Source: Octopus bimaculoides
Taxonomy: Eukaryota
Direction of reading: 5' to 3'
Assembly: GCF_001194135.2 (NCBI RefSeq)
Contig: NC_068993.1
Coordinates: forward strand, 26,285,259-26,349,258
DNA: 64,000 bases
In this document: positions 14,384 through 27,129 of the stretch, piece after piece
Layout of the letters: each line of letters starts with the position of its first letter
How positions within the stretch are numbered: position 1 is the stretch's first letter
Notes under the pieces: model-generated
The model's database searches: none
What the model was told of the DNA's origin: nothing
Seen by the model: the letters and a program-made list of their open reading frames with translations, nothing else
Position numbers and translations under genes: made by a program

Positions 14384-15500
14384 AGCATGGAATTTGGCCA
14401 AACGAAATGTTCATATTTGGTTATAGAACAAGGAAAGTCAGTCCCCCAAACCCAAAATCTCATCAGTCTCTCTATCTCTCCCATTCCACACAATGAATGT
14501 TACAAGTACCCAAGCATAGACGAATATGTATCATATGAAGGTACTGTGGATAAAGACTGAGTGACCCGAGAATATTACACCAGACTTAGGAAAATATGGC
14601 AGTCAAAACTCTCCTCTTACAACAAAATACTATTTCACAATGCATTTGCAGTACCAGTGCTGATCTCGACATTTGGGATACTTGATTGGTCTGTAAAGGA
14701 AATCCACTCCATAGATATCAAAACCCACAAAATCCTGACAACTGGGAACTTCCACAAAAACAGTGGTGTTGACAGGCTCTACCTAAGAAGGTGGTAGAGG
14801 GCTGAGATCAATGCAGACAGCTTTCAAATGCCATATGATATCACTCAGGCAGCACCTGCTAAACAACAGCAGCAAAAATGAATATATAAATGCAGTGCTG
14901 AAAAGTGAAGTGAGCAACATTATACGAGTTGGCAGTGAGCTCCTCAAGAAGCACTCTCTTCCTGATGATCTCCTATACATCCCCAAAACAGCTGGGCTAT
15001 CTTACCTCAGAGAAGACCTGGATAGAATGCACTCAGCATACAAAAAGAAAAAAGACTATGCATGGGTATGTTGTCTGGAAGCGTGAAGAAGACAGTAGAA
15101 TTGACATGAAGCACAGCCTTTCTTGGACACAAGACCACTACATCACATCACACTTTGAGAGCTATGCGTTTGGAATCTAGGAATAGGAGATTGCCACAAA
15201 GTACCTGGTGAACAAGAGAGACAGTGATGCTCTTCTAATCCAAAGGTGCAACTGCATGTGTAGGCTATGTCATGTTTCTGTGAAAGACATCACGCATGTG
15301 ATTAGCAGCCGTCCTAAAAGGTTGTCATGGTACTATCTCCCTGTGTGGCATGATTTTGGTGCTAAAACAATTTACAATGCCATCTGCAAAAAAGACTGAC
15401 CTGAAATAACTTAGAAAATCCCTCTGTTATGGAATACATTAATAAACACCATCTCAAGGAATACTGGTGGAATATTCCCATCAAAACTTCTGTCAAATGT
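14384..15500 (+). mobile_element. R4/Dong-clade retrotransposon fragment: late RT domains, thumb and CCHC knuckle (pseudogenised)
   Basis: MEFGQTKCSYLVIEQGK...CYKY...VTREYYTRLRKIWQSKLSSYNKILFHNAFAVPVL..FGILDW...VDRLYL...MHG...EIATKYL...CRLCHVSVKDITHVIS..P...HD..AKTIY...KEYWWNIPIKT. Several frameshifts and stops. Confidence 0.85.
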
Positions 15501-16025
15501 ATTGAAACAAGTAACAGCATGAAAGAATGTGTGTGTGTGTGTGTGTGAGAGAGAGAAACCTTCCTTGTGAAAACAGACACTAAATATTTTTACAAACTGT
15601 TGTACAAGACCATATTTTCGTATTCTTACTTTCATAAACATAGATTATATATAATAGAGATATTTACCTTCTATGTTAAAAAAAAAAAAAACACTTTCTG
15701 TTCAAACAAATATATGTATATATATATATGTATAAAAATTTTGTATAGTTTCAACCTTTTCCTATTCATATATATANNNNNNNNNNNNNNNNNNNNNNNN
15801 NNNNNNNNNNNNNNNNNNNNNNNNNNNNNNNNNNNNNNNNNNNNNNNNNNNTATAAGAGTGACTCAAGCACCGAGAGTTTCATGCATTGGCACTTATCAA
15901 AGTGATAAATGCCGATGCACAAAATTCTCAGCCCTTGAGTCTCTCTGTAGCTTCTGCCAAATATTAATAAAAATATGTGTTGTGTGTATATATACATATA
16001 TTTAAACATGCATACATACATTCAC

Positions 16026-16074
<49 letters not shown>

Positions 16075-16084
16075 CACGCACACA

Positions 16085-16300
16085 TTCTTTCATGCTTTTA
16101 CTTGTTTCAATAATTAGACTGTGGTTCTGCTAGGGCATCACCTTGAAGAGTTTAGTCAAACAAGTCATCCCCAGTACTTTTTCTTTGTTTTAAGCCTGGT
16201 ACTTATTTTATTGGTCACATTTTGCCAAACCACTTAGTTATAGGGACATAAACAAACCAACATTGGTTGTCAAGTGGTGGAGGAGAACAAACACAAACAC
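16085..16300 (-). mobile_element. SINE family A, 3' half
   Basis: TTTTACTTGTTTCAATAATTAGACTGTGG...CACCTTGAAG...AGCCTGGTACTTATT...GGGACATAAACAAACC...GTTGTCAAG. Confidence 0.7.
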
Positions 16301-16329
16301 AAAAATACACTTACACACATATATATATT

Positions 16330-17090
16330 CAGGATGCAATGGGTAAATTGTCACCATTTTATACTTTTAATTTCACGCATGCTCATTGTCTGTTTTTGAG
16401 TTTGTTGACTATACAGTATAGTAGGGTCATTTGGGCACTGTCTGTGAGAAAAACAGCACCACTCTGCCACAAATTTGGAAACAACATACTGTACTGCTTG
16501 GCATTCCCACTGGAAGCTACAATATGAACATTTCAGAGTGCTTGGGTGTCAATCTGGGACAGTGCAGAGGATTTGGAAAGAGTTAGATGAGTCTAATGGT
16601 GGTTACGAAGGTACAGCAGCTTGTAAAACTCACTCTGATCGTTCTGATTAGAAAAGAACTCCTGAATTTATTGGTGAGATCCAAGCCATGATTGACAACA
16701 ATACCTCCAAGTCAATCAGGTTGATCACCAGGGTCATGGCAGTGTCTGAGTTTCCTGTCATTCAAGATGAGAAAGGACCAATTTTTATCCCAAGCCATCA
16801 AGAACAAGAGGAAAAACCATGCTATGAAGTTTTTGAACAAGCTCAAGCATCCCCTCCAATTGAACATGCTTTGGTTTTTCTCAGATGAGAAAAATTTCTG
16901 CAAGGATCAGATAGTGAACATATAGAATAGCCATTGGTTTGTTGTGTCCCCAAAATATGAACCAAGAGTGATAAAAATTAAACATCCAGTCAACATCATT
17001 AAGTTTGGTTTGATCACTAGTGATGGCAACATTATGCTTCAATTCCTCTTCCCACACGGCCTCCCACTAAACACGAAGGCCTACTTTTTC
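16330..17090 (+). mobile_element. Tc1/mariner transposon, left end plus decayed transposase (first catalytic D region)
   Basis: Left end CAGGATGCAATGGGTAAATTGTCACC is shared with 53138 and 54144. Pieces translate as ISECLGVNL...KRTPEFIGEIQAMIDNN.SKSIR...FLNKLKHP..NMLWFFSDEKNFC.DQ.VN...KHPVNI.KFGLITSDG.IM..F.FPHGL.LNT.AY. Confidence 0.85.
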
Positions 17091-17487
17091 TTGAATATTT
17101 GCTCCCTAATCGAGTATTAACTGTGGTATTAACTGTGTGTGTTTTTGTTTGTGTGTGTGAGAAGGAGAGAGGGAGGTGGCGTGTGTGTGTGGGTGCATTG
17201 CCAAGGGTGTGGTATTATGTGTGGGGGTGTGCATGTGTTTGTGCACACGGGTGTGTGGTGTGTGTGTACATGCATGCGTGTGTGAGTGTGTGTATGTGTG
17301 TGCATGTTGGTATGTGTGTGTGATGTGTGGCATAAGAATATAAAAATAAAAACTAATACAAATAAAAAATAAAAATTAGTGATAATAAAAAATAAATGAA
17401 AAAGATTATGTGAATAAATCAATAATAGAAATAAGTTTTTAAAATCAGTAACAGAAATAAATAAAAAATAAACGAATAAAAAAATAA

Positions 17488-18240
17488 ACATAAGGTTTAT
17501 TACAAAGATTGAACCTGATGCAGTAAATGAGGCTCGAAGAAGTGCAGCAGGAGGAGTTCCTAATGTAGAGGGTGCACTGGTTGGATCCAGTGAGGGAAAT
17601 GTCATTGGTAATGAAAGGACAGGTGTGGCAAGAGGGTCTGGAGCCAGGGAGTGATCCAGATTGGGCTGAAATGGAGGCAGGGAGGGAACGATGGACCAGT
17701 AGATCGCATAAGTTACGGGAACATTTGAAGGAGGGCAAGGGTGGGTTAGAGAACATAGGGAGGGTGGTGGGATATAGCTGGAGGTGACAGAAGGCCCACA
17801 GGAGCTTCCACCGAAGGGGTAGTGTGGAAGGTGGAAAAGGAGGGGAAGGGGATGCAGTTTGGGATCAGTGTGGGTAAGGAGAGAAGGCAGTAGTGAGATT
17901 GATTTAACAAACATGGGTAAGGGTGGATGGGTATCCCCGATGCATGAACAAGAGGGCCAAGTATTGGGACTGGGTCTTGAAATCCTGGCCTCAGCTGCAC
18001 AGGCGTCAGTGGCAGAGGAACTGAGAGTAGGAGATGGCCCGTTTGGTGTGGGAGGATGGGAGGAGGAAAAGTTGAGGTAGAAGTGGGAGTCCGTGGGTTT
18101 AAAGAAGGCAGAAGTAGTGAGAGAGTGGGTGGAGGGATCAATGGAGGGAGAGGTATTGAGGAAGTTTATGAAAGTATCAGAGACGGTAGAGATGAATCCG
18201 AGAGAAGGGTGGAAGTTAGAAACGAAAGAGATGGGGTTAG
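17488..18240 (-). mobile_element. Penelope-like retroelement fragment: RT C-terminus, linker and start of GIY-YIG endonuclease
   Basis: Minus strand gives SNFHPSL.F...FLN.S.SI...FKPTDSHFYLNFSSSHP...AISYSQFL..RLCS...HRGYP, then PPL.SFKCSRNLCDLLVH...PGSRPSCHTCPFI...CTSSSLIYCIRFNLCNKPYV (GIY..C..C..YIG region). Contains frameshifts. Confidence 0.85.
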
Positions 18241-18244
18241 TAGA

Positions 18245-18333
18245 TCACACTCTTAACCACTCCGCCATATGCCTGTGTCTATCACCCAAGTTGGCCACTG
18301 AAGAATTTGAACTCAGAGAACTGAGTGCCAGAC
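18245..18333 (-). mobile_element. SINE head fragment
   Basis: CTTAACCACTCCGCCATATGCC...GAAGAATTTGAACTCAGAGAACTGAGTGCC; tRNA-like box B on the minus strand. Confidence 0.5.
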
Positions 18334-18338
18334 TCTGT

Positions 18339-18430
<92 letters not shown>

Positions 18431-18848
18431 AAGCTTGTGCATATGTTTGTATGCTTGTTGATATACATGTATACATATATTTATTTTTATATATTTATAT
18501 TATATGGAAATATGGAAGTGACTAATACAATGACATTTGTATTATGAAGCCATGCTGGCATACAAGATGGAATAGTCTTTGCGACAGTAGCTCTGGTTCC
18601 ACATCAGTAACTGCTTTCCATAATTTTAATATACTATCAGGTTAGTTTCCAGACAAACACTTCAGGTGTAACATTTGTAAAAAGCTAATTGTGAATTGTT
18701 TATGTTGCTGAAGAGAGCCTGAAGATCAAAACATTGGACTGTCCAGTAATTTACCAGTTTTCTTAAAGTGTTAAAAACTTTGTTTCTTAATGACAACATG
18801 CAACAAGAAATAGAATATTACTATGGAGATAATTTATATATATGTGTG

Positions 18849-18896
<48 letters not shown>

Positions 18897-19235
18897 NNNN
18901 NNNNNNNNNNNNNNNNNNNNNNNNNNNNNNNNNNNNNNNNNNNNNNNNNNNNNNNNNNNNNNNNNNNNNNNNNNNNNNNNNNNNNNNNNNNNNNNNNNNN
19001 NNNNNNNNNNNNNNNNNNNNNNNNNNNNNNNNNNNNNNNNNNNNNNNNNNNNNNNNNNNNNNNNNNNNNNNNNNNNNNNNNNNNNNNNNNNNNNNNNNNN
19101 NNNNNNNNNNNNNNNNNNNNNNNNNNNNNNNNNNNNNNNNNNNNNNNNNNNNNNNNNNNNNNNNNNNNNNNNNNNNNNNNNNNNNNNNNNNNNNNNNNNN
19201 NNNNNNNNNNNNNNNNNNNNNNNNNNNNNNNNNNN

Positions 19236-19308
19236 AAAAAGACAAAAAACAACAACGTGAGGACGTGATACAGATTGTGTTACTAGACGCTTGGGAAAGG
19301 AAAGAGTG

Positions 19309-19357
<49 letters not shown>

Positions 19358-19564
19358 ATATGTAAATGTATATATGATACTCAGTGAAAAAGAGAGTTGT
19401 TTTACATTTCAAGCATAGCTCTTTGTTGGAAACAGGAAAAGCAGGCAAGTCCAAAGAGAAAGAATGAAGAATGAAGAAAACTCACCAAGAGTCTGAAGTA
19501 ATTGGAAGTAGAAGGAGAAAGAGAAAGTGCTTTGTGGGACAATAGAGTGTGAAGAAGATGGTCG

Positions 19565-19595
<31 letters not shown>

Positions 19596-19780
19596 GTAGC
19601 ATGTGTATGTGTGTATATGGTGGTAACTGTGTGAGTGTGTGTGTGAGAAGGAGAGAGGGATGAGGTGGAGTGTGTGTGGGTGCATTGCCAAAGGTGTGGA
19701 TATTATGTCTGTAGGTGTGCATGTGTGTGTGTACGGGGTGTGTGTGGTGTGTGTGTACGTGTGTGCATGTATATATGTAT
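19236..19780 (-). repeat. Probable Penelope-like 3' region / pseudo-LTR
   Basis: The TG-rich block at 19630-19780 is homologous to 17150-17310, next to the PLE fragment. The minus strand has a hammerhead-like remnant AAAGAGC-TAT-GCTT-GAAATG near 19405-19430. Confidence 0.45.
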
Positions 19781-19784
19781 ATTA

Positions 19785-19990
19785 CTCTTTTTCTTGTTTC
19801 AGTCATTTGACTACACCCATGCAGGAGCACTACCTTTTAGTTGAATCAATCAACCCAGGACTTATTCTTTGTAATAAGCACTTTTCCTAGTGCTTATTCT
19901 ATCAGTCTCTAGTGACGAACCACTAAGTTACCGGGACATAAACACACCAACACCAGTTGTCAAGCAATGGTGGGAGGACAAACACAGATA
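19785..19990 (-). mobile_element. SINE family A, 3' half
   Basis: TCTTGTTTCAGTCATTTGACT...CATGCAGGAGCACTACCTT...CCCAGGACTTATTC...CACTAAGTTACCGGGACATAAACACACCAACACCAGTTGTCAAG. Confidence 0.75.
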
Positions 19991-20594
19991 TACAAATACA
20001 TACATATATATATATGTAGTCCAAGAGAGACAGTTCTTGTTGAATAATCTGTAGAAAGAATTTCTTTTATAGTAATTGAATGTTTGTGCTGTACATTAGC
20101 TCAGTCTTTCCATTAAATTCCTATTGTCTGAACAGTTGCACAGTGTGTCATGCATCAGGTGTCAAAGTGATCACAGAGCAACATGAAACAAAGTGTTTTG
20201 CTCAAGAACACAATGTATCACCCAATCCTGGAATGGAAACCAAGATCTCACAATCATGAGTACAACACCATAACCACTAGGCTATGTATCCTCACACACA
20301 AACATAATGTAAATATCCATGTGTGCATGTATGCACATATCACTCTCATCATCTTCATCATTGTTTCCATGCTTGCATGGATTGAATGGAGTATTTTTAG
20401 GGAAGAATTTCTGTGCCTAGATACCCTTCCTGTCACCATCTGTCACCTGGTTCCAAGCAAATAATTATTTCTCCATGGCAGGATATTTTTTTGCAGAATT
20501 TTACAAACAAAGACAACATTTGTATGATAATGACACTCATTTACAACTATCACATGATGTCAAGAAAAGGAGGCACAAGAACACTCAGTTGCAT

Positions 20595-20646
<52 letters not shown>

Positions 20647-20972
20647 CTATGCATTTATATATTTACATCTAAGTATAAAAAACAACATTCAGGAACAATA
20701 ATAATTTATCGGCTCAAGTTTGATAAGCTGAAAAAAGTTTTGTATATCCCACAGTTAGTGACTAGAATTGCTATGAATGTGAACTAAAATCCAAATTGAA
20801 GGAATGTAACAGGTAACATCCAGACTACATATGTTTCCTATGTAATAATTACTCAATGAGGGGTACTCAGCTAACTACTCATCAGGCCAAAGATACCATA
20901 GTTATATAAAGGTTACACACACACACACACATATACACATATATATATACATATATACACACACACATGTGT

Positions 20973-21048
<76 letters not shown>

Positions 21049-22763
21049 CAGTAGGTACAATAGGCTTCTTTCAATAATTGTCTACCAGATCCACTTGCTA
21101 AGTTTTGGTTGACCCAGGGCCATAGTAGACTGACTCAAAGACTGAATGACGCAACGGCTGAACCTGAAACCACATGATTGGGAAGTAGATTCCTTAGCTA
21201 TACAGCAATGTTTGCACCTATAAAGTCACTGTGCAAATATTGTTTGCTTGTACAGATAACCTGGGCAAGTAATCCTAGAACTGTCCTGGAATATCTTGAA
21301 ATAATAATGTCTTGCAGTATTAAAGGTATGAATGCTATCAGGAAAAGGTGTTCACATTAGAAAAGGTCAGAATGATATGGAAAGACGGAGTGAGGATGGA
21401 GCTCAGATACTGGGCTTTATGGTTGAGGTGTGAAGGGATGGTAAAAAGTAGCAGTGTATTTATACAGCACGGCCAAATAACTTATGCCAGCATGGAGAAA
21501 TAATTGATTATGATTATGATGAATATATGTATTTGTGTGTATATGTATGTGTAGTAATTAGAATTATAATACCATATCTAAAGGTTTTGTCTCTGGATGA
21601 CTTATTAGATGAAAAGGAATAATGAATATTGGTTTGAAATTTTAATCATGTAATTTGTGAATTAGTATATCTCATTCTCTTTAGTACTTTTCAGATCATG
21701 TTTCATGGCAGTAACTTTTGTCAATACAGCAAGAATGAACTTATGATTTTGAATTGCATGAGTGGGTGTACAGCTGACACTCTCAAAACAAGATGCAGTA
21801 AACTTCAACATATTTATACTGAAGGAAATGATTGAAGCAAACCTGTCAAATATAAACTCCAGCCCTTCATGAAAGCAAACAGAACCAATACACTATATGT
21901 ATAGAAAATTTACCCCTTCTTGTGTCATAAAAACTGCACTCAAAAATAGAAGGATATATTATTTCTCTTTAAATAAAACTACCTCAGAAACTACAATGAT
22001 GTTTAACAAATATCTGGTATAAAGAAAGGAGTGTGTGATTTTATTTGTTTTAAAACATTTTCTTTCAAGAAATATATGGAACAATAGACACAGACTAACA
22101 GAACCAGGAAAAGAAAAAGTCATTTGCTTCAACCCAATCTATGACTTCATTGTAGTGTCCACAGAGTTAGAAATTTTCTTGCATTACTTAGGAAGCATTT
22201 TCCTATCAAACACAAGTATTACAAACTGTACAATAAAAGTAATATAAAAGTTAGCTACAACTGTATAAAAAAATACTGTTAGATTGAAGCAATAAAATTT
22301 AAGTACTGAGATTAGGACAAATTTAAATAAACCACCAGAACACAGCTGCAGTAACACAACGTCTTATCCACTTAGTAAATGCTCCATTTATCTATTGAGA
22401 CAACATTTTAATAAAAGTTGGTACCTACATGAGTTGTATTGGTTAGACAAAAATACATTTAAGAGCAGGCATATACATCATAGCTATCCCATCAGAAATA
22501 GCAGCAAGAAATTCTTTTTATTGTGTGCATGTAATCATGTGTATATGTGAATAGGCCTCTGTGTGTGCATGTATGTATACTCATATGTTTGCTTAGGAAT
22601 ATACAAATATTTCTTTAGCTAGAATATTTATGCATATCTATGTATTCGTATGTGTAAATATATTAAATTCACATGTATATATCAGCTTAAGTGTCCTGTG
22701 ATGTGATGTATGTGTGTCAACGTTTATATACATATACATGTATATGGGTATGTGTATATTTGT

Positions 22764-22795
<32 letters not shown>

Positions 22796-23229
22796 TCGTC
22801 TGCATTTTCTCTTTCATTTTCTCTTAAGCTTACCTGCTGTTTAGCAGGCAGATTATTCACAATTTCTAATATATATATCACTTCAAACTTAAATTATTAA
22901 TCAAATATTCCATTAAGAATTGTAATTCACTCAGTATAAGAAACATGCTATCTGTTGTAAGACCAACTGAAAAGGGCCACAAAAAAAAAAAAAAAACGCT
23001 TGGCCCCTGAGTTATTTTATAACTCTTTTGATGATTAAAAAATTAAAATGTGTATATTCGGGTTTTGAGTTCTGTTTCTCCTGCTTCTTCTACAAACTTA
23101 TATATATTAAAAATATATATATCAATTTTATATTTTTGCAAACTATATTCACACACACACACACACGCACACACACATGCACACATTCAGAGAGAAAGAG
23201 AGAGAGACATAGACATAGTTTCAAACATA

Positions 23230-23446
23230 CAAGGGGGTGCTGAAAAGTTCTTGCCTTTAAGGGTATTGTGAAAGGCCTGGCTGGAGACACTATCTTTCGA
23301 GATCTTATATAACACTTAGAAAAAGTGAAGGACCACTGCAATACGTGTGTGAATCTGAGAGGAGAATATGTTGGCTAAAACCATAATTAACTGACCCTCC
23401 TGTATTTTCTTTTACACAAAGTCAGAAATGTTTCAACACCCCCTCA
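23230..23446 (+). mobile_element. mariner-derived MITE
   Basis: TA|CAAGGGGGTGCTGAAAAGTTC ... GAAATGTTTCAACACCCCCTCA|TA, i.e. imperfect TIRs with TA flanks. An internal remnant KDHCNTCVNLRGEYVG* resembles the mariner C-terminus (W.KCV.L.GDYVE). Confidence 0.7.
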
Positions 23447-23496
23447 TATAAATATATTGATGTATGTATACATGTTTATATATATAATGATAATCA

Positions 23497-23539
23497 CAAC
23501 TGTCTGGCGAATGGAAATGTGAAACTCTGAGCAATAGTT
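23497..23539 (+). ncRNA. Degenerate type I hammerhead ribozyme, same family as 51407-51448
   Basis: AACTGT-CTGGCGA-ATG GAAA TGT-GAAAC TCTGA GCA-ATAGTT. A6 and U16.1 are mutated. The downstream GATGTTTTTGCAGCTTTAATAA matches 51467-51488. Confidence 0.5.
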
Positions 23540-23589
23540 TTTTTGAGATGTTTTTGCAGCTTTAATAAAAAGTATATATATGATATATA

Positions 23590-23905
23590 TATTCTTTTAT
23601 TCTTTTATTCTTTTACATGTTTCAGTCATTTCACTGCAGCAATGCTGGAGTACCACCTTTAGTCGAACAAAGTGATCCCAAGCCTAGTACTTATTCTATC
23701 GGTCTCTTTTGCTGAACTGCTAGATTATGTGGATGTAACACACCAACATCAGTTGTCAAGTGATGGTGGGGGACAAACAGACACTCACAAGGCTTTGGTT
23801 GGCCTGAGGCTATAGTAGAAGACACTTGTCCAAGGTGCCACACTGTAAGACTGAACCTAGAAACATGTGGTTGGGAAGCAAGCTTCTTACCATACAGCCA
23901 ACTCA
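23590..23905 (-). mobile_element. SINE family A, internally deleted
   Basis: Tail TTTTACATGTTTCAGTCATTT, core CTCACAAGGCTTTGGTTGGCCTGAGGCTATAGTAGAAGACACTTGTCCAAGG, head CTTACCATACAGCCA. Confidence 0.75.
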
Positions 23906-24062
23906 AGGAAGAATGGAGAATTTACACATCTTTAAATGATAATTTATAACATATATATATTGGAAATGCATGTTTCTGATATTCTGTTCAATACAGTAAG
24001 GCAATGATCTTGCATGTTGATCAATCCACAAGATATCAATAACTGTATTACACAGTAAATGT

Positions 24063-24119
<57 letters not shown>

Positions 24120-24315
24120 ACCCCGCTCATACACATAGATTCACATACACAAACATACATATACACATATAGATATGGATATATATATGTGTATATTTAT
24201 GTATGTGTGTGTTTGTGCGTGTGAATCTATGTGTGTGAGTGTAGTGGCGGGGGGGTTGTACATATATACATATGGCGGCATATGTACACTTTGGTCTCTT
24301 ATATGTAAGTACATA

Positions 24316-24349
<34 letters not shown>

Positions 24350-24351
<2 letters not shown>

Positions 24352-24418
24352 CCGGAGTAAGCACATGAAATGTGCAACAAGGTGGAAAAAAGAGTACTCA
24401 AATACCAGAGGTAGAGTA

Positions 24419-24421
<3 letters not shown>
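24350..24421 (-). repeat. 3' end of the hammerhead-bearing pLTR family, between (TA)n tracts
   Basis: ACCGGAGTAAGCACATGAAATGTGCAACAAGG...AGTACTCAAATACCAGAGGTAGAGTAATAT is homologous to the reverse complement of 51489-51565. Confidence 0.6.
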
Positions 24422-24449
<28 letters not shown>

Positions 24450-25117
24450 AATTTTGTACGACTCTCTTATTCTTTCATTCTTTCTTTCTTTCTATCAGCT
24501 CCTTCACACTTTGTTCTTTCCTGTACTCTCACATTTCCTGGCTTTCTCTTCATTCTCATCTCTCCTCTTTCACTTCACTCTGTCCCTTTTCTTTTTTTCT
24601 CATCCCTCCCTAATTCTTCTATCCCTCTGCCTCTACTTCACTCCTCTCTCTCCACGTAACCAGTCTTCAGCCAAGACTGACCTTTCTTTCTTGGTTTGAC
24701 TACCATCCGTGCAACATCTATATTCCTCTCCATGCCTGTCATCTCTTATGTCCCTGCCGTAAGGCTTCACTTCCACACACGCCAGCTCACTTTAATTCGT
24801 CTTTAGTTGAAAGTCACATGTTGTTAATGTCCTGTTATTTGCACTTGTATATGTGTACCATTTCTCCATTTTTTTTCTGTCCTTGCTTTCATGTACATTC
24901 ACTGCTTTCTTCCAAGGAATCTAGTGCTCTTAGCTTAGTTTTTCCTCGGGGCTGGCCAGATTGGAGCAAGCTCGAGTATAACCAGCCAAAATTGCAAAGA
25001 TAATCTGGAACTCGACTGAAGAAAAAAAACTCCGAATGACCTGTCCTTGTTTTTCTTGTCCCCATTTTTGTATCATCTGTCTGGATGTTTTGTGTTCTTG
25101 TTCCATTTTTTGTATTC

Positions 25118-25178
<61 letters not shown>

Positions 25179-25652
25179 ATGTGACAATTAGTTGGTTGTC
25201 ATAATAAAACTCAGATGGTGGGGCTGAAGTCTGCTCTGGCATCTCATCAGAACCAGATTATATTTAAAGATAAATTCCTCTATTTTACATAATATTGAGG
25301 TCTCATTCATTCTTTTGTTGTCATATTATTATTATTAATATATACATGTATGTATGTATGTATCTTTCAGTTTCTGTCTACTAAGTCCACTGATAAGGAT
25401 TTGGTCAGCCTATTCTTATAATAGAAGGCACTTACCCAGGGTACTGCATAGTGGAACTGGACTCAAGATCACATGGCTGTGAAGCAGGCTTCTTAGCCAC
25501 ACAACCATACATATAGATAGATAGGTATATGCATGTGTGTGTATATGTATCTTGGCGCCTTGTTGTACCACTCATCTGTATTTATATATATATATAGGAG
25601 AATATACGAAAAAACAACAACAGACGAGGACAGGTGGTGTAAATAACAAAAG

Positions 25653-25724
<72 letters not shown>

Positions 25725-25728
<4 letters not shown>

Positions 25729-25937
25729 GTTGTCTGGAAAGTTTGTGCCGATTTATAGTAGCTTACCTTCTGACTTATTTGCCATGAAACCACCTCAATT
25801 CTGGGAAGAGAGTATTTTCAAGTTAAAGGAAAGATGGAGATGCATTGTGCACAAAATGGTTCATATTTGGTTGACTAAAAATGTAATGGCAAGTATTTAT
25901 TGACCTTTTTCTTTCCTTTAAAAACTGGACAACCCAA
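25725..25937 (+). mobile_element. mariner-derived MITE
   Basis: TA|TTGGGTTGTCTGG ... CTGGACAACCCAA|TA. An internal remnant FWEESIFKLKERWRCIV...NGSYLVD* matches the mariner transposase C-terminus. Confidence 0.75.
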
Positions 25938-25965
25938 TATATATATAGAATGAGAGATGTAGTTC

Positions 25966-26006
<41 letters not shown>

Positions 26007-26129
26007 GTATTTGTGTGTATATACTTGTGTGTATTTATGTATATATATGTTTATATATTTATATATATACCCATACATATACAACCTTACATGTGCATGT
26101 TCATGTGCATATGTATACAATGCACAAAT

Positions 26130-26160
<31 letters not shown>

Positions 26161-26327
26161 ACACAGCACAGATATACATGAATATCATTACAATCAGATG
26201 AACCTTTAGATATACTAATACTTGGAAATGTACATAATGCAAACAGTACATAGACAGACAGACGTATACACATATATATTCTGCAAGTAATTAATATTTC
26301 ACTGAGTTCTTGTATTGACCAGTTATT

Positions 26328-26389
<62 letters not shown>

Positions 26390-27129
26390 TTTTCCTGTTG
26401 TGATATATATTCTGGTTCACATTTGAGAAATTACTATGGGATATTTTACAGAACTTGTAAGGGTTTACATATGTATGTTAATATGAATCTATATGAAAAC
26501 TATTTTACTTACCTGTGAGCAAGGCCTTGTCACTGATGTAGCTATAAACTGCAGTTTCTCAGCAAAAAGCTGAGATTAATTACAGCCTGTTAATGACCAT
26601 TCCAAAACCCTGTTGTTTTGCCAATAACTTAGGGAAAAATCACTAATATTTATTTCACAGTGTGAGACTATAATATGCAGCCTGTCAGAGAAATGAGCCC
26701 TGCAAGGTGAAGTGGCAGCTGCAACAGATGTCGCTGGCCATTCTCTGTAGCAATGCCATCATGGTCATCATCACAGGGCATGGCTGAGTACACCATTTGT
26801 TCTGGGGTATGTGACATATCTCCCCCTCCCCTATCTTCTGCTGATTTAACCCCCTTTTTTCTTTTTTTTTTCTTTTTTTTTTTTATCTCTCTTTTTTTCT
26901 TGCTTTTTTGTATGGAAATATTATAAATAACTAGAGACCAAAATTAATTACCAAATTAAATGAAATATGAATAAGTGGACACAGAAAAAGAAAAACAAAT
27001 TAAGTTAATATAAACTATTACAACAAAAAAAAAAGTCAACCAGTTATGAACATTATATGCTTCAAATATATCAGTATTCATTGGTATGCAAAATCATTTA
27101 GTTTCTATGCTGAGTGAATGAAAGATGAG

